Virus record (IMG/VR): IMGVR_UViG_3300037440_000010
Span: 1 to 28,593 of that record
From: a virus
Taxonomy: Duplodnaviria > Caudoviricetes
Strand: one strand, 5' to 3'
DNA length: 28,593 nt
This document shows, one piece after another, positions 1-7,399 of the stretch. The translations under genes were made by a program, and so were the position numbers. The first letter of the stretch is position 1; every line of letters begins with the position of its first letter. Under the pieces are notes generated by a model. It searched no databases. It was not told the origin of the DNA and worked only from the letters and a program-made list of their open reading frames with translations.

Positions 1-231
1 TATAGCGTGGGGCATAAGCAAATACTCGATTACTATATCTCTCCTAATCTCGTTAATGGCTATCGCGTGCAATGTCTTATGGCGGGGGCTTTCTATCAAC
101 ACGACGAAATCTACCAAGGCCCGCAAGGAAACCAGCACTGGAGAGGCATAGTGTATAAACGTGATGTGCATGATGGGCAATATGACCCAGAGTTCATATC
201 AATGGAACGACTTTTGAAGGAGTATCTATGA
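1..231 (+). CDS. C-terminal part of a putative phage metallophosphoesterase (calcineurin-like), truncated by the window edge
   Basis: Frame is open from base 1 (YSVGHKQILD...). GHxQ, GAFYQHDE and GPQGNQHWRG match the pattern I recall for the C-terminus of podovirus metallophosphoesterase-like proteins. Confidence 0.6.
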   Translation, partial: YSVGHKQILDYYISPNLVNGYRVQCLMAGAFYQHDEIYQGPQGNQHWRGIVYKRDVHDGQYDPEFISMERLLKEYL

Positions 232-398
232 GCCAAGAGTATTATTTGGTGGACCGAGTGTTAGATTATCAATTAGATAAAAGTCCTAACCTGTTGATGA
301 ACTACCATCCTGATTTATATTTAGTAATTAGATCACCAGAAACGCAGGCGTGGTATGTGCTGCGGCGTAAAATTAAGGGGTTTGAATTACATGGCTAA
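228..398 (+). CDS. Hypothetical 56-aa protein (MSQEYYLVDRVLDYQ...FELHG), not in the ORF track
   Basis: ATG overlaps the upstream stop (ATGA), with AAGGAG upstream. It fills the gap exactly and overlaps the endolysin start. Confidence 0.7.
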   Translation: MSQEYYLVDRVLDYQLDKSPNLLMNYHPDLYLVIRSPETQAWYVLRRKIKGFELHG

Positions 399-783
399 AT
401 TTAGCCAAGCATCAAAGAGTAAACTAGCAACTGCTGATAGGAGACTACAGGAACTCTTTAATCTAGTAATTAAAGAGCACGATTGCACAGTTCTATATGG
501 ACACAGAAGCAATGAAGAGCAAGACGAACTCTACAGAAAGGGCCTCTCGAAACTCAAAGGAGGGCAGTCGAGTCATAATTCCAATCCTTCTAGGGCTGTG
601 GATGTTGTCGCTTATCCCATCAATTGGAAGGATTACAAACGACATTATCACTTTGCTGGTATCGTATTGGGGATTGCTTCTCAGTTGGGCATCAAGATTC
701 GATGGGGCGGGGATTGGGATATGGACGATGATCTAAACGATCAGACCTTTAATGATTTAGTGCATTTTGAGGTGATAGAATGA
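391..783 (+). CDS. Endolysin, peptidase M15 family (L-Ala-D-Glu peptidase type)
   Basis: FSQASKSKL N-terminus, GHRSxEEQ, SSHNxxPSRAVD Zn-binding motif, WGGDW and DLVHFE. Start moved to ATG 391 because of AAGGGG at 375-380. Confidence 0.9.
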   Translation: MAKFSQASKSKLATADRRLQELFNLVIKEHDCTVLYGHRSNEEQDELYRKGLSKLKGGQSSHNSNPSRAVDVVAYPINWKDYKRHYHFAGIVLGIASQLGIKIRWGGDWDMDDDLNDQTFNDLVHFEVIE

Positions 784-1004
784 AGAAGCTACTATTTGTT
801 TTACTAAGTCTAAGTATCTTTGCTGGCTGTACTCCCCCTCCTAGCACGGAGCTGTCGAGGAAAGTAACTTGCATGATGTACAATGGCGAGACTCTAGTAG
901 TTCCAGATGCGATTGTAATAAAACAAGAGCCCGCAGGAGTTGTTCTTAGGTCCAAAGAGGGTACTATTAACCTTGCAGGAGATTGCTTAGTTGAAAAGCT
1001 CTAA
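780..1004 (+). CDS. Small lipoprotein (74 aa)
   Basis: MKK + hydrophobic stretch + lipobox FAGC. GAGGTG upstream; ATGA overlap with the endolysin stop. Confidence 0.8.
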   Translation: MKKLLFVLLSLSIFAGCTPPPSTELSRKVTCMMYNGETLVVPDAIVIKQEPAGVVLRSKEGTINLAGDCLVEKL

Positions 1005-1278
1005 TGATTTTTTAATCAAAATTCTTTTGGATAATGTTAAGAGACTACAGGAATATGAAAAACATACCTCTGGGCCTATCAATAGTTTACGCATCGCATT
1101 TGTTGCGGATCGCCCAACAGTCGGACTCATGAGTTCACGTAAGCGACTCGCCGAAGAGAATGCCCAACGAAATGCCGACGCACATGCTTTAAAGCAAGGC
1201 GCAGATGCAAAGGATTTATACCATCGAAACGCGATGCATCTGGGAAATGTGAAACTTAGGCTTCCGAAGATCGGCTAA
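991..1278 (+). CDS. Hypothetical protein (95 aa); 3' two-thirds overlaps the structured CG-rich island, so coding status is uncertain
   Basis: TTG start with AGGAG at 977-981. No recognisable motif. Confidence 0.4.
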   Translation: MKSSNDFLIKILLDNVKRLQEYEKHTSGPINSLRIAFVADRPTVGLMSSRKRLAEENAQRNADAHALKQGADAKDLYHRNAMHLGNVKLRLPKIG

Positions 1279-1405
1279 CGAAGTGAAGTGAAAAGACTTT
1301 CATATCACGACGCGTTGGCAATCGTTGCCGACAAACCAATTGAGGAATTGATCTTAGTTGGATGTAAAGAAAATTAGGTGGAGAAAGGATTTCGATAAGA
1401 ATCCT
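1090..1405 (+). ncRNA. Candidate structured RNA of unknown class
   Basis: Consecutive stems found by eye: 1096-1105/1165-1175, 1119-1123/1144-1148, 1202-1209/1235-1242, 1283-1308, 1314-1332, 1336-1361, 1386-1405. G-U pairs work on the + strand only. Abrupt CG enrichment relative to the flanks. Confidence 0.4.
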
Positions 1406-1483
1406 CTAAAGACTCTATTCCCATATCTACGGATGTTTAAAGATGAGCGACACACACAAGGACAAACCCAGACACCAGAGTAA
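1358..1483 (+). CDS. Hypothetical 41-aa protein (MDVKKIRWRKDFDKNPLKTLFPYLRMF...), not in the ORF track
   Basis: TTG start with GAGGA at 1342-1346; overlaps the next ORF. Confidence 0.45.
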   Translation: MDVKKIRWRKDFDKNPLKTLFPYLRMFKDERHTQGQTQTPE

Positions 1484-1610
1484 GGATGATACTAGATGGC
1501 TTAGGAAAGGAGGCCCTCATAAGCCTAAATTAACCAGACAGAAGCTAAAGGAAGAGGTTCTTAAAGAGCTGGAGGGACTTGAAGATGAACACACTAAGGA
1601 CATTTCTTGA
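1443..1610 (+). CDS. Hypothetical 55-aa charged protein (MSDTHKDKPRHQ...KDIS), not in the ORF track
   Basis: ATG-started ORF with AT-rich codon usage like its neighbours; tiles between adjacent ORFs. Confidence 0.6.
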   Translation: MSDTHKDKPRHQSKDDTRWLRKGGPHKPKLTRQKLKEEVLKELEGLEDEHTKDIS

Positions 1611-1815
1611 GCCAGCAGACGGTGCTGACAGTTATGTAGCAGTGTATAATGTAAGAGGAAGCACAGACATTACTCTTAAGATAGCGGACTGCGATAGAAA
1701 TGTGAAGTTGTCTTTCGGAGTAAATAAGAAAGATCAGAAGTATTATCTTAGAAAGCTTAAAAAGCTTCAATCAGCTCTTGAGTATATTGAGAAAGAACTT
1801 AAAAAGAAAAAATAA
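1585..1815 (+). CDS. Hypothetical phage protein (76 aa)
   Basis: GGAGG at 1571-1575 favours ATG 1585. Contains LKIADCDRNVKLSF and a basic amphipathic C-terminal helix. Confidence 0.75.
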   Translation: MNTLRTFLEPADGADSYVAVYNVRGSTDITLKIADCDRNVKLSFGVNKKDQKYYLRKLKKLQSALEYIEKELKKKK

Positions 1816-1824
1816 AGGAGATAG

Positions 1825-3711
1825 ATGGATAATTATCAGAGGTACATCCACCTGTCAAGGTATGCCCGATTCAGGGATGATCTTGGAAGAAGGGAGACTT
1901 GGGAAGAGACAGTAGATAGGTATATTAGCTTCTTTGGGGAGAAGTATGATGATGGTGGGCCTCTTGATAAGGCTCTGCATGAATGCAAAGAAGCTATTAT
2001 AAATTTAGAAATTATGCCTTCTATGCGTTGCTTAATGACAGCAGGGCCAGCACTAGATAGAGACAACGTAGCTGGCTATAACTGTTCTTTTGTAGCAGTA
2101 GAAGATCAAAGAGTATTTGATGAGATTATGTATGTATTACTATGTGGAACAGGAGTAGGATTCAGTGTCGAACGACAATTCATTAACTATCTCCCAACAA
2201 TCGCTGAAACATTCCATCAGACAGACACAACCATTGTCGTACCAGATTCAAAAATTGGATGGGCTTCTTCTTACAGGGAACTCATTAGTCTCTGTTATTC
2301 TGGAAAGATTCCAAAATGGGATTTATCTAGACTCAGACCTGCCGGAGCACGACTCAAGACTTTTGGGGGCCGTGCTTCAGGCCCACAGCCTTTGGATGAC
2401 TTGTTTAGATTTACAGTTGAGGTTTTCCAAGGGGCAGCGGGACGGCGACTCACCAGTCTAGAATGCCATGACCTTGTATGTAAAATTGCAGATGTTGTCG
2501 TTGTGGGAGGAGTTCGTAGATCAGCTCTACTTAGCCTATCCAATCTTACTGACGAGCGAATGCGGACAGCCAAATCCGGGGCCTTCTGGGAAAATAATCC
2601 TCAGCGTGCTCTTGCTAATAATAGTGTTTGCTATACAGAGAAGCCTGACATAGGTATCTTCCTAAAGGAATGGACTAGCTTATATGAATCGAAAACAGGC
2701 GAGCGAGGTATATTTGTCCGCCCTGCGGCTGTTAGCCAATCGGAAAGAAACGGAAGAAGGGACTCGGACTATGCTTTTGGAACTAATCCCTGTAGTGAGA
2801 TTATTCTTAGGAGCAAGCAGTTTTGCAACTTGTCCGAAGTCGTGGTCAGAAGTGACGATACACTGGAATCCCTTAGACGAAAAGTGCGACTGGCAACAAT
2901 TCTTGGAACACTGCAAAGCACACTCACAGATTTCCGTTATCTCAGTAAAGCATGGCAGCATAACACTGAAGAAGAAAGACTCCTAGGAGTTTCTCTCACA
3001 GGTATAATGGATAACAAGATTACGTCTAATAGGGATGGAAGAACTAATTTACCACACTTTTTGAATGAGCTTAAGAATGAAGCAATCGAGACTAATAAGA
3101 AGTGGGCTAAGATTCTGGGAATCAACCAAAGCACTGCTATTACTTGCGTTAAGCCTAGTGGCACTGTTAGCCAGTTGGTTGATAGCGCTAGCGGTATCCA
3201 TAGTAGGCACTCTCATTATTACATCCGCACTGTTCGTGCTGACAAGAAAGACCCGTTGGCACAGTGGATGGTTGAAAAAAGATTCCCAGTAGAAGACGAT
3301 CTAGTCAAGCCAGAGCACAACTATGTTTTCTCTTTTCCTATAAGTGCTCCTAAAACAGCAGTATTTAGAGATGACATGGGAGCCGTAGCCCAACTAGAGT
3401 TATGGAAGATATATCAAGATTACTGGTGTGAGCATAAGCCCAGTGTTACTATTACAGTAAGGGAGAACGAATGGCTTGATGTGGGGGCATGGGTGTATAA
3501 GCACTTTGATGTGTGCAGTGGGGTATCCTTCTTGCCACACACAGAGCATGTATATAAACAAGCACCATATCAAGAGTGCTCTAAAGAGCAGTACACTGAG
3601 CTTTTGAAGAGTATGCCAGAAGTGGACTTCTCTGCGTTCAAAGAAGCAGAGGATTCTACTACTGGACTTCAAGAATTGAGTTGTGTTTCTGGAGCATGCG
3701 AAGTAGTTTAG
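1825..3711 (+). CDS. nrdJ: Class II adenosylcobalamin-dependent ribonucleotide reductase
   Basis: RRETWEETVDR, PSMRCL, YNCSF, GTGVGFSV, VVVGGVRRSA, GTNPCSEI radical-site motif, TCVKPSGT, WCEHKPSVT and a C-terminal CVSGAC pair. AAGGAG RBS; no beta-subunit gene adjacent. Confidence 0.95.
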   Translation: MDNYQRYIHLSRYARFRDDLGRRETWEETVDRYISFFGEKYDDGGPLDKALHECKEAIINLEIMPSMRCLMTAGPALDRDNVAGYNCSFVAVEDQRVFDEIMYVLLCGTGVGFSVERQFINYLPTIAETFHQTDTTIVVPDSKIGWASSYRELISLCYSGKIPKWDLSRLRPAGARLKTFGGRASGPQPLDDLFRFTVEVFQGAAGRRLTSLECHDLVCKIADVVVVGGVRRSALLSLSNLTDERMRTAKSGAFWENNPQRALANNSVCYTEKPDIGIFLKEWTSLYESKTGERGIFVRPAAVSQSERNGRRDSDYAFGTNPCSEIILRSKQFCNLSEVVVRSDDTLESLRRKVRLATILGTLQSTLTDFRYLSKAWQHNTEEERLLGVSLTGIMDNKITSNRDGRTNLPHFLNELKNEAIETNKKWAKILGINQSTAITCVKPSGTVSQLVDSASGIHSRHSHYYIRTVRADKKDPLAQWMVEKRFPVEDDLVKPEHNYVFSFPISAPKTAVFRDDMGAVAQLELWKIYQDYWCEHKPSVTITVRENEWLDVGAWVYKHFDVCSGVSFLPHTEHVYKQAPYQECSKEQYTELLKSMPEVDFSAFKEAEDSTTGLQELSCVSGACEVV

Positions 3712-3764
3712 AGGCCCTAGTCACTTAGGTCTGTTGCCGGGAGTAGCCCGTTACAGCTACTTAT

Positions 3765-3793
3765 GAGAAGGGGCCGAAAGGCCCCTTTTCTTT
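3765..3793. terminator. Rho-independent terminator between the convergent arms, probably bidirectional
   Basis: GAGAAGGGGCC-GAAA-GGCCCCTTTTC hairpin with GNRA loop. Clear U-tract on +, weaker (TTCTC) on -. Confidence 0.9.
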
Positions 3794-5039
3794 AATCGTC
3801 AAATAGGAATACAGGTCGTATGATAGTATCTCCACTACCTCCAGCACCTATATCAACAGTTCCAACTGTTCCTAGAATTATTGACATTAGGGCATCTGCA
3901 TCACTATCTCCTGATGCTACTCCTACTGTTCCCGAAACTGAGGATACAGCTCCATTTGCCTCTGAGGTACCTGCTGAGGTACCCACCATGCCTGCATCCC
4001 CACCAAGCACTCCGGCAGCCTCGCTGGAGCCCTCTGAGAGGCCCTGTAAGCCTGCAAAGGCCCCTAGGATACCCTCTAGAGTGGCTAGTCCAGAAGACTG
4101 CCCAGAGAAGCTCCCAAAGGCCCCAAATACACCATCTACAACAGCCTCTCCTGAGCTTACTCCAGCAAAGGCAGCTATTGCTGACAATTCCCCGCTTGCA
4201 GTACTAGTACCGGCTGCATCACCAACCATACCAGCAGTAGCGCCTAAAACTCCTTGGCTGGCCCCTACTCCATCAGAGTCTCCTGTAGTCCCTAATATTG
4301 TTCCTATAACCCCAGAAGATGCTCCTGAGCCTGAACTAGTGGCCCCTATATAACAAACTTGGTGAATGGACTGCCCAGATGCCCATGTTATGTTTGAGTT
4401 GGGGTCGTCAACAGAATAGATATAAGTAAAGGTAGCAGTTCCCAATGTAGGATTTGGAATAGTAGACATGCCTACCCCAACCTCCATTAGCAAAATCTCT
4501 CCGGGCTGGAACTCCACTGGCGAAGCAAGAGGAGCAGAGATGGATACAATCTTGTATGTTCCTAGATCATTACCAATTCCCAAAGTCCAACTAGTAGTAT
4601 TACTGGTTCCTAATAGAATGCCTGTGGAGGTGTGTGAAGAAGGATTGTATCTCCACAAAGCTACAGCCCAGTTGGGGGCGTAGCTGCCCCCTGAGTAGGT
4701 TCCGCCAGATTGAGTTATAGTAACTCTTAAGTTTAGAGTTAATGTTCCAGCAGGTAAATAGGCATTACAGTTAGTATCATCAGAAGGAGTCATGTCGTCA
4801 GTTAATCTGAGCGCCCATCCTTCCTCTTGCAATGTCAGTATTGATCTGTTAGTATTGTTGGAAGAGCCGGGGTCAAATACTCTTCCCTGATTGTCCTGCG
4901 TGTGAGTAGCAAAGACTGTTTGTGTTACATCAGTAGCTCCAGCCTCAGCACTATCCAGCAGCCGTATATCAATACCAGTATCGCTGTATAAAGTAGTACT
5001 ATTTACTGGATATAGTACTGCTGCTGTTTGCAGGCCCAT
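3792..5039 (-). CDS. Putative virion fibre-associated protein: ~225-aa beta-rich N-domain plus 8 x 20-aa G/A/S repeats
   Basis: Last gene of the late arm, TAATG-coupled. Thr/Ser/Gly-rich with a periodic C-terminal half. Confidence 0.7.
   Translation of the reverse strand: MGLQTAAVLYPVNSTTLYSDTGIDIRLLDSAEAGATDVTQTVFATHTQDNQGRVFDPGSSNNTNRSILTLQEEGWALRLTDDMTPSDDTNCNAYLPAGTLTLNLRVTITQSGGTYSGGSYAPNWAVALWRYNPSSHTSTGILLGTSNTTSWTLGIGNDLGTYKIVSISAPLASPVEFQPGEILLMEVGVGMSTIPNPTLGTATFTYIYSVDDPNSNITWASGQSIHQVCYIGATSSGSGASSGVIGTILGTTGDSDGVGASQGVLGATAGMVGDAAGTSTASGELSAIAAFAGVSSGEAVVDGVFGAFGSFSGQSSGLATLEGILGAFAGLQGLSEGSSEAAGVLGGDAGMVGTSAGTSEANGAVSSVSGTVGVASGDSDADALMSIILGTVGTVDIGAGGSGDTIIRPVFLFDD
3876..4355 (-). 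repeat. Eight degenerate in-frame 60-bp (20-aa) tandem repeats
   Basis: e.g. LGTTGDSDGVGASQGVLGAT / AGMVGDAAGTSTASGELSAI / AGLQGLSEGSSEAAGVLGGD / AGMVGTSAGTSEANGAVSSV, with Gly at unit positions 5, 9 and 15 in nearly every unit. Confidence 0.85.
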
Positions 5040-5218
5040 TATGGTTCTTGTACATGAGATGCTGAGTAGGTTATGGTTAGATTATCAGGATCATCAACCC
5101 TAGAAGTCAGTGGATGATTCTCAGGGTTAGCCTCATATAAATCCAGCTTTGCTACGGCAGCATTGTATTCTTCTATAGATTCAGCAGTGAATACATGTGT
5201 TGCTGTAAGTACACCCAT
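5039..5218 (-). CDS. Hypothetical 59-aa acidic protein (MGVLTATHVFTAESIEEY...VQEP), not in the ORF track
   Basis: TAATG overlaps at both ends; fills the gap exactly. Confidence 0.85.
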   Translation of the reverse strand: MGVLTATHVFTAESIEEYNAAVAKLDLYEANPENHPLTSRVDDPDNLTITYSASHVQEP

Positions 5219-5673
5219 TAGTCTTCCGTAATAGTAGACGGCGTTCCTGTTGGTACACCCTTAACCCGAGGAGTAACTCCATCACTGATAAGAATATCAG
5301 GATCAACCTCACCACTATACAAAAGCTTACCAGCACCACTTGAATCTGTGCCAACTCCCCAATGTGTCACAGTGCCGCCAGCTCCCCCAGTCATTTCTGG
5401 GAAGTCTACGTTAACATTAAGACTCATGGTATTACCAGACACAGCAAAGTTGCCAGACGTTCTGGCTAGTCCCTGTCTAGCATATCCTGTATAAGCTATT
5501 TCATTAGTAGTCTGATCGCCAGCTTCGCCGGGATCGCTAGTATGTAATGAAATATAAAGACTGCCAGCAGTAGCACTACCCAACAGTCCACCAGCATCGC
5601 CTACCCCAGTAAAATCATCATTATTAAATACTAGGAGCAGGAGCCCGTTCTCAAATGTATTACTTTTGCTCAT
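5218..5673 (-). CDS. Small phage structural protein (fibre-subunit-like, 151 aa)
   Basis: MSKSNTFEN..LL, LYISLHTSDPGE, EIAYTGYARQ, FP..TGG.GTVTHWGV...SG.GKLLYSG: a widespread family often annotated as tail-fibre or structural protein. GAGG RBS. Confidence 0.8.
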   Translation of the reverse strand: MSKSNTFENGLLLLVFNNDDFTGVGDAGGLLGSATAGSLYISLHTSDPGEAGDQTTNEIAYTGYARQGLARTSGNFAVSGNTMSLNVNVDFPEMTGGAGGTVTHWGVGTDSSGAGKLLYSGEVDPDILISDGVTPRVKGVPTGTPSTITED

Positions 5674-6359
5674 TAGTCAGTTTCCTCATAGAATATTGTA
5701 ACAGCAACACTTCCTGCCACATCTAAATTAATAACTACTGGAGCATCTACAGCACCAGTTCTTTTCTGTCTTGTCAAAATACCATAATTTCTAATCCACT
5801 CAGTCACACCATCATCATTCAAAAGCTTAACCATAATTAGGGCTGGATCAGTTGCCGCTGGATCATTAAGAGCGTACACCTTATGTATCACTACTCTCTT
5901 GCCAGAGGCCGGAGTAAGTACTGTAGTATCACCCAAAGCAGTTACAGTAGCCTTAGCTGTGAGCCATTCTTGTTCGCCTGAATCCATGCCAAATTCCTCA
6001 ATAAGTTGAATGATGCGTTGCTCAGATAATCCCCCTCCACCTTGATACACAGTTTTATGTGGGAACCTAATCCATTCTCCCCAAGTACCATCAGGCTTCT
6101 CAAATCTTACTTCTCCATTCTTGATTTGATGATCTGGAATTTTACCATCCTCCCCCTCTACCTTTCCTAGGTTAGCTTTAGTTCCGTTATGAAAATTGGC
6201 AATAAGTTCCCCGTCTTCATTTATATGAAGCTTGGGAAGTACTGACACTTCCTTAACAGATTCTATAACCTCGGTCCTTATAACAGGAGGAGGCACGGTA
6301 AGTTTAGCAGCCCTCTCTAGCCGCTTTCTTGAGTAGTCAGATAGTTTAACTAGGGCCAT
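5673..6359 (-). CDS. Putative structural protein (228 aa), apparently two-domain
   Basis: LGKVEGEDGK...RFEKPDGTWGEW segment of the kind seen beside collagen-like repeats, a GGGG linker and a beta-rich C-terminal domain. TAATG-coupled. Confidence 0.65.
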   Translation of the reverse strand: MALVKLSDYSRKRLERAAKLTVPPPVIRTEVIESVKEVSVLPKLHINEDGELIANFHNGTKANLGKVEGEDGKIPDHQIKNGEVRFEKPDGTWGEWIRFPHKTVYQGGGGLSEQRIIQLIEEFGMDSGEQEWLTAKATVTALGDTTVLTPASGKRVVIHKVYALNDPAATDPALIMVKLLNDDGVTEWIRNYGILTRQKRTGAVDAPVVINLDVAGSVAVTIFYEETD

Positions 6360-7399
6360 TATACGTTGCCAGCTCCTCTCCTAAAAGGCAATTCAAAGTC
6401 TTGATCTTTCTTTCTGTGCTTTGCGGCATTAGGGCCAGTTCTGACATTAGGGATGGGCTCGGGCTTCTCTTGCTTTCCAGTATAGTCATGCAAGAATGGC
6501 TCATACCTCTTGGCTGATGCCCTTGGTATATAATCATCTTTTCTTTGTTTATGAGAAGGCTCAACAGTCTGCCACATTTTAGCAGCAATATCTAGAATCT
6601 CAAATTCTCCACTCTCCCCAACAGAAAACACATCGCCTGATTCTGGGTCTTCATATATACCGGGATCAAGTTTTAGAGGTTCCATACGCATTGATTTGGG
6701 CGGCTTATCTACTTTCTCAGCAATTCTGCCTTCATATTCATTCTGTTCTTTTAAGTCTTCTCCAAGAATATTCCTGACATAGTTTTTTGTTCTAGGACCA
6801 ACTCCCGTACCGGCTTTGCCAGCAACGTAACCTTGGACCCCCTTTACTCCTGCGTGATAGCTAGCAACTGCTAGGGCTACGTCACCATCAAACTCTCTAA
6901 GAGAGTTCTGTATATATCTACCAGCAGCATCAATTGATTGCAAAGGGTCTTTGGGGTCAATATCAAATGCCTTAGCTGTAGCTGGCATAAACTGCATAAG
7001 CCCGATGGCTCCTACTTCCGACACTGCCTCTGGATTAAATCTTGATTCCTCTCTAGCCATGCTCTTAAGAAGTCCCGTAGGTAAGCCATATTTCTGCTCC
7101 GCCTCCTCAAAATGAGGGTCGAACTTAGTTACTCCAGTAGGAGACTGCTCTACTTTGTCGCCACCAACTCCCACAGTCATACCAGCAGCTTCCGCTGCTA
7201 TGGCTTTGTTCTCTAGCTTGGAATAGATTCTATTCTTAACATCTTCATATGTGTAGCCTATACTCCCGCTAGCGGGAGTAGTTCCCTCAACACCTTGACC
7301 TACTGGAACGTCAGAGAAGGAAGGACTTGTATGCTCCTGTATAATGTCTTTAAGGAGCTGTCTTGAGAATCTGGTCTTCTTAGTTTGCGGCTGTGGCAC
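6359..7399 (-). CDS. Virion-associated lytic transglycosylase (SLT domain)
   Basis: AREESRFNPEAVS (catalytic Glu), GAIGLMQFMPATA, ASYHAG and TKNYV. Confidence 0.9.
   Translation of the reverse strand: MPQPQTKKTRFSRQLLKDIIQEHTSPSFSDVPVGQGVEGTTPASGSIGYTYEDVKNRIYSKLENKAIAAEAAGMTVGVGGDKVEQSPTGVTKFDPHFEEAEQKYGLPTGLLKSMAREESRFNPEAVSEVGAIGLMQFMPATAKAFDIDPKDPLQSIDAAGRYIQNSLREFDGDVALAVASYHAGVKGVQGYVAGKAGTGVGPRTKNYVRNILGEDLKEQNEYEGRIAEKVDKPPKSMRMEPLKLDPGIYEDPESGDVFSVGESGEFEILDIAAKMWQTVEPSHKQRKDDYIPRASAKRYEPFLHDYTGKQEKPEPIPNVRTGPNAAKHRKKDQDFELPFRRGAGNV

Noticed and set aside
497-736. Out-of-frame hydrophobic ORF nested in the endolysin (possible embedded spanin or holin)
   Set aside because: No lipobox and no clear RBS. 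Hydrophobic alternative frames are common; not strictly excluded.
1240-1275. GGGAA..GTGAAA resemblance to a cobalamin riboswitch upstream of nrdJ
   Set aside because: Lacks the CCCGCAACTGT, GCCACTG and AGYCAG-ACC elements, and lies ~550 nt and several ORFs from nrdJ.
1090-1405. tmRNA, group I/II intron or hammerhead identity for the structured island
   Set aside because: No tRNA-like acceptor/T-arm or tag peptide, no correctly ordered P7 elements or domain V, and no CUGAnGA core.
3820-4353. 177-aa Pro/Ala-rich + strand ORF
   Set aside because: Antisense shadow of the Gly/Ala repeat region, and it lies beyond the + strand terminator.
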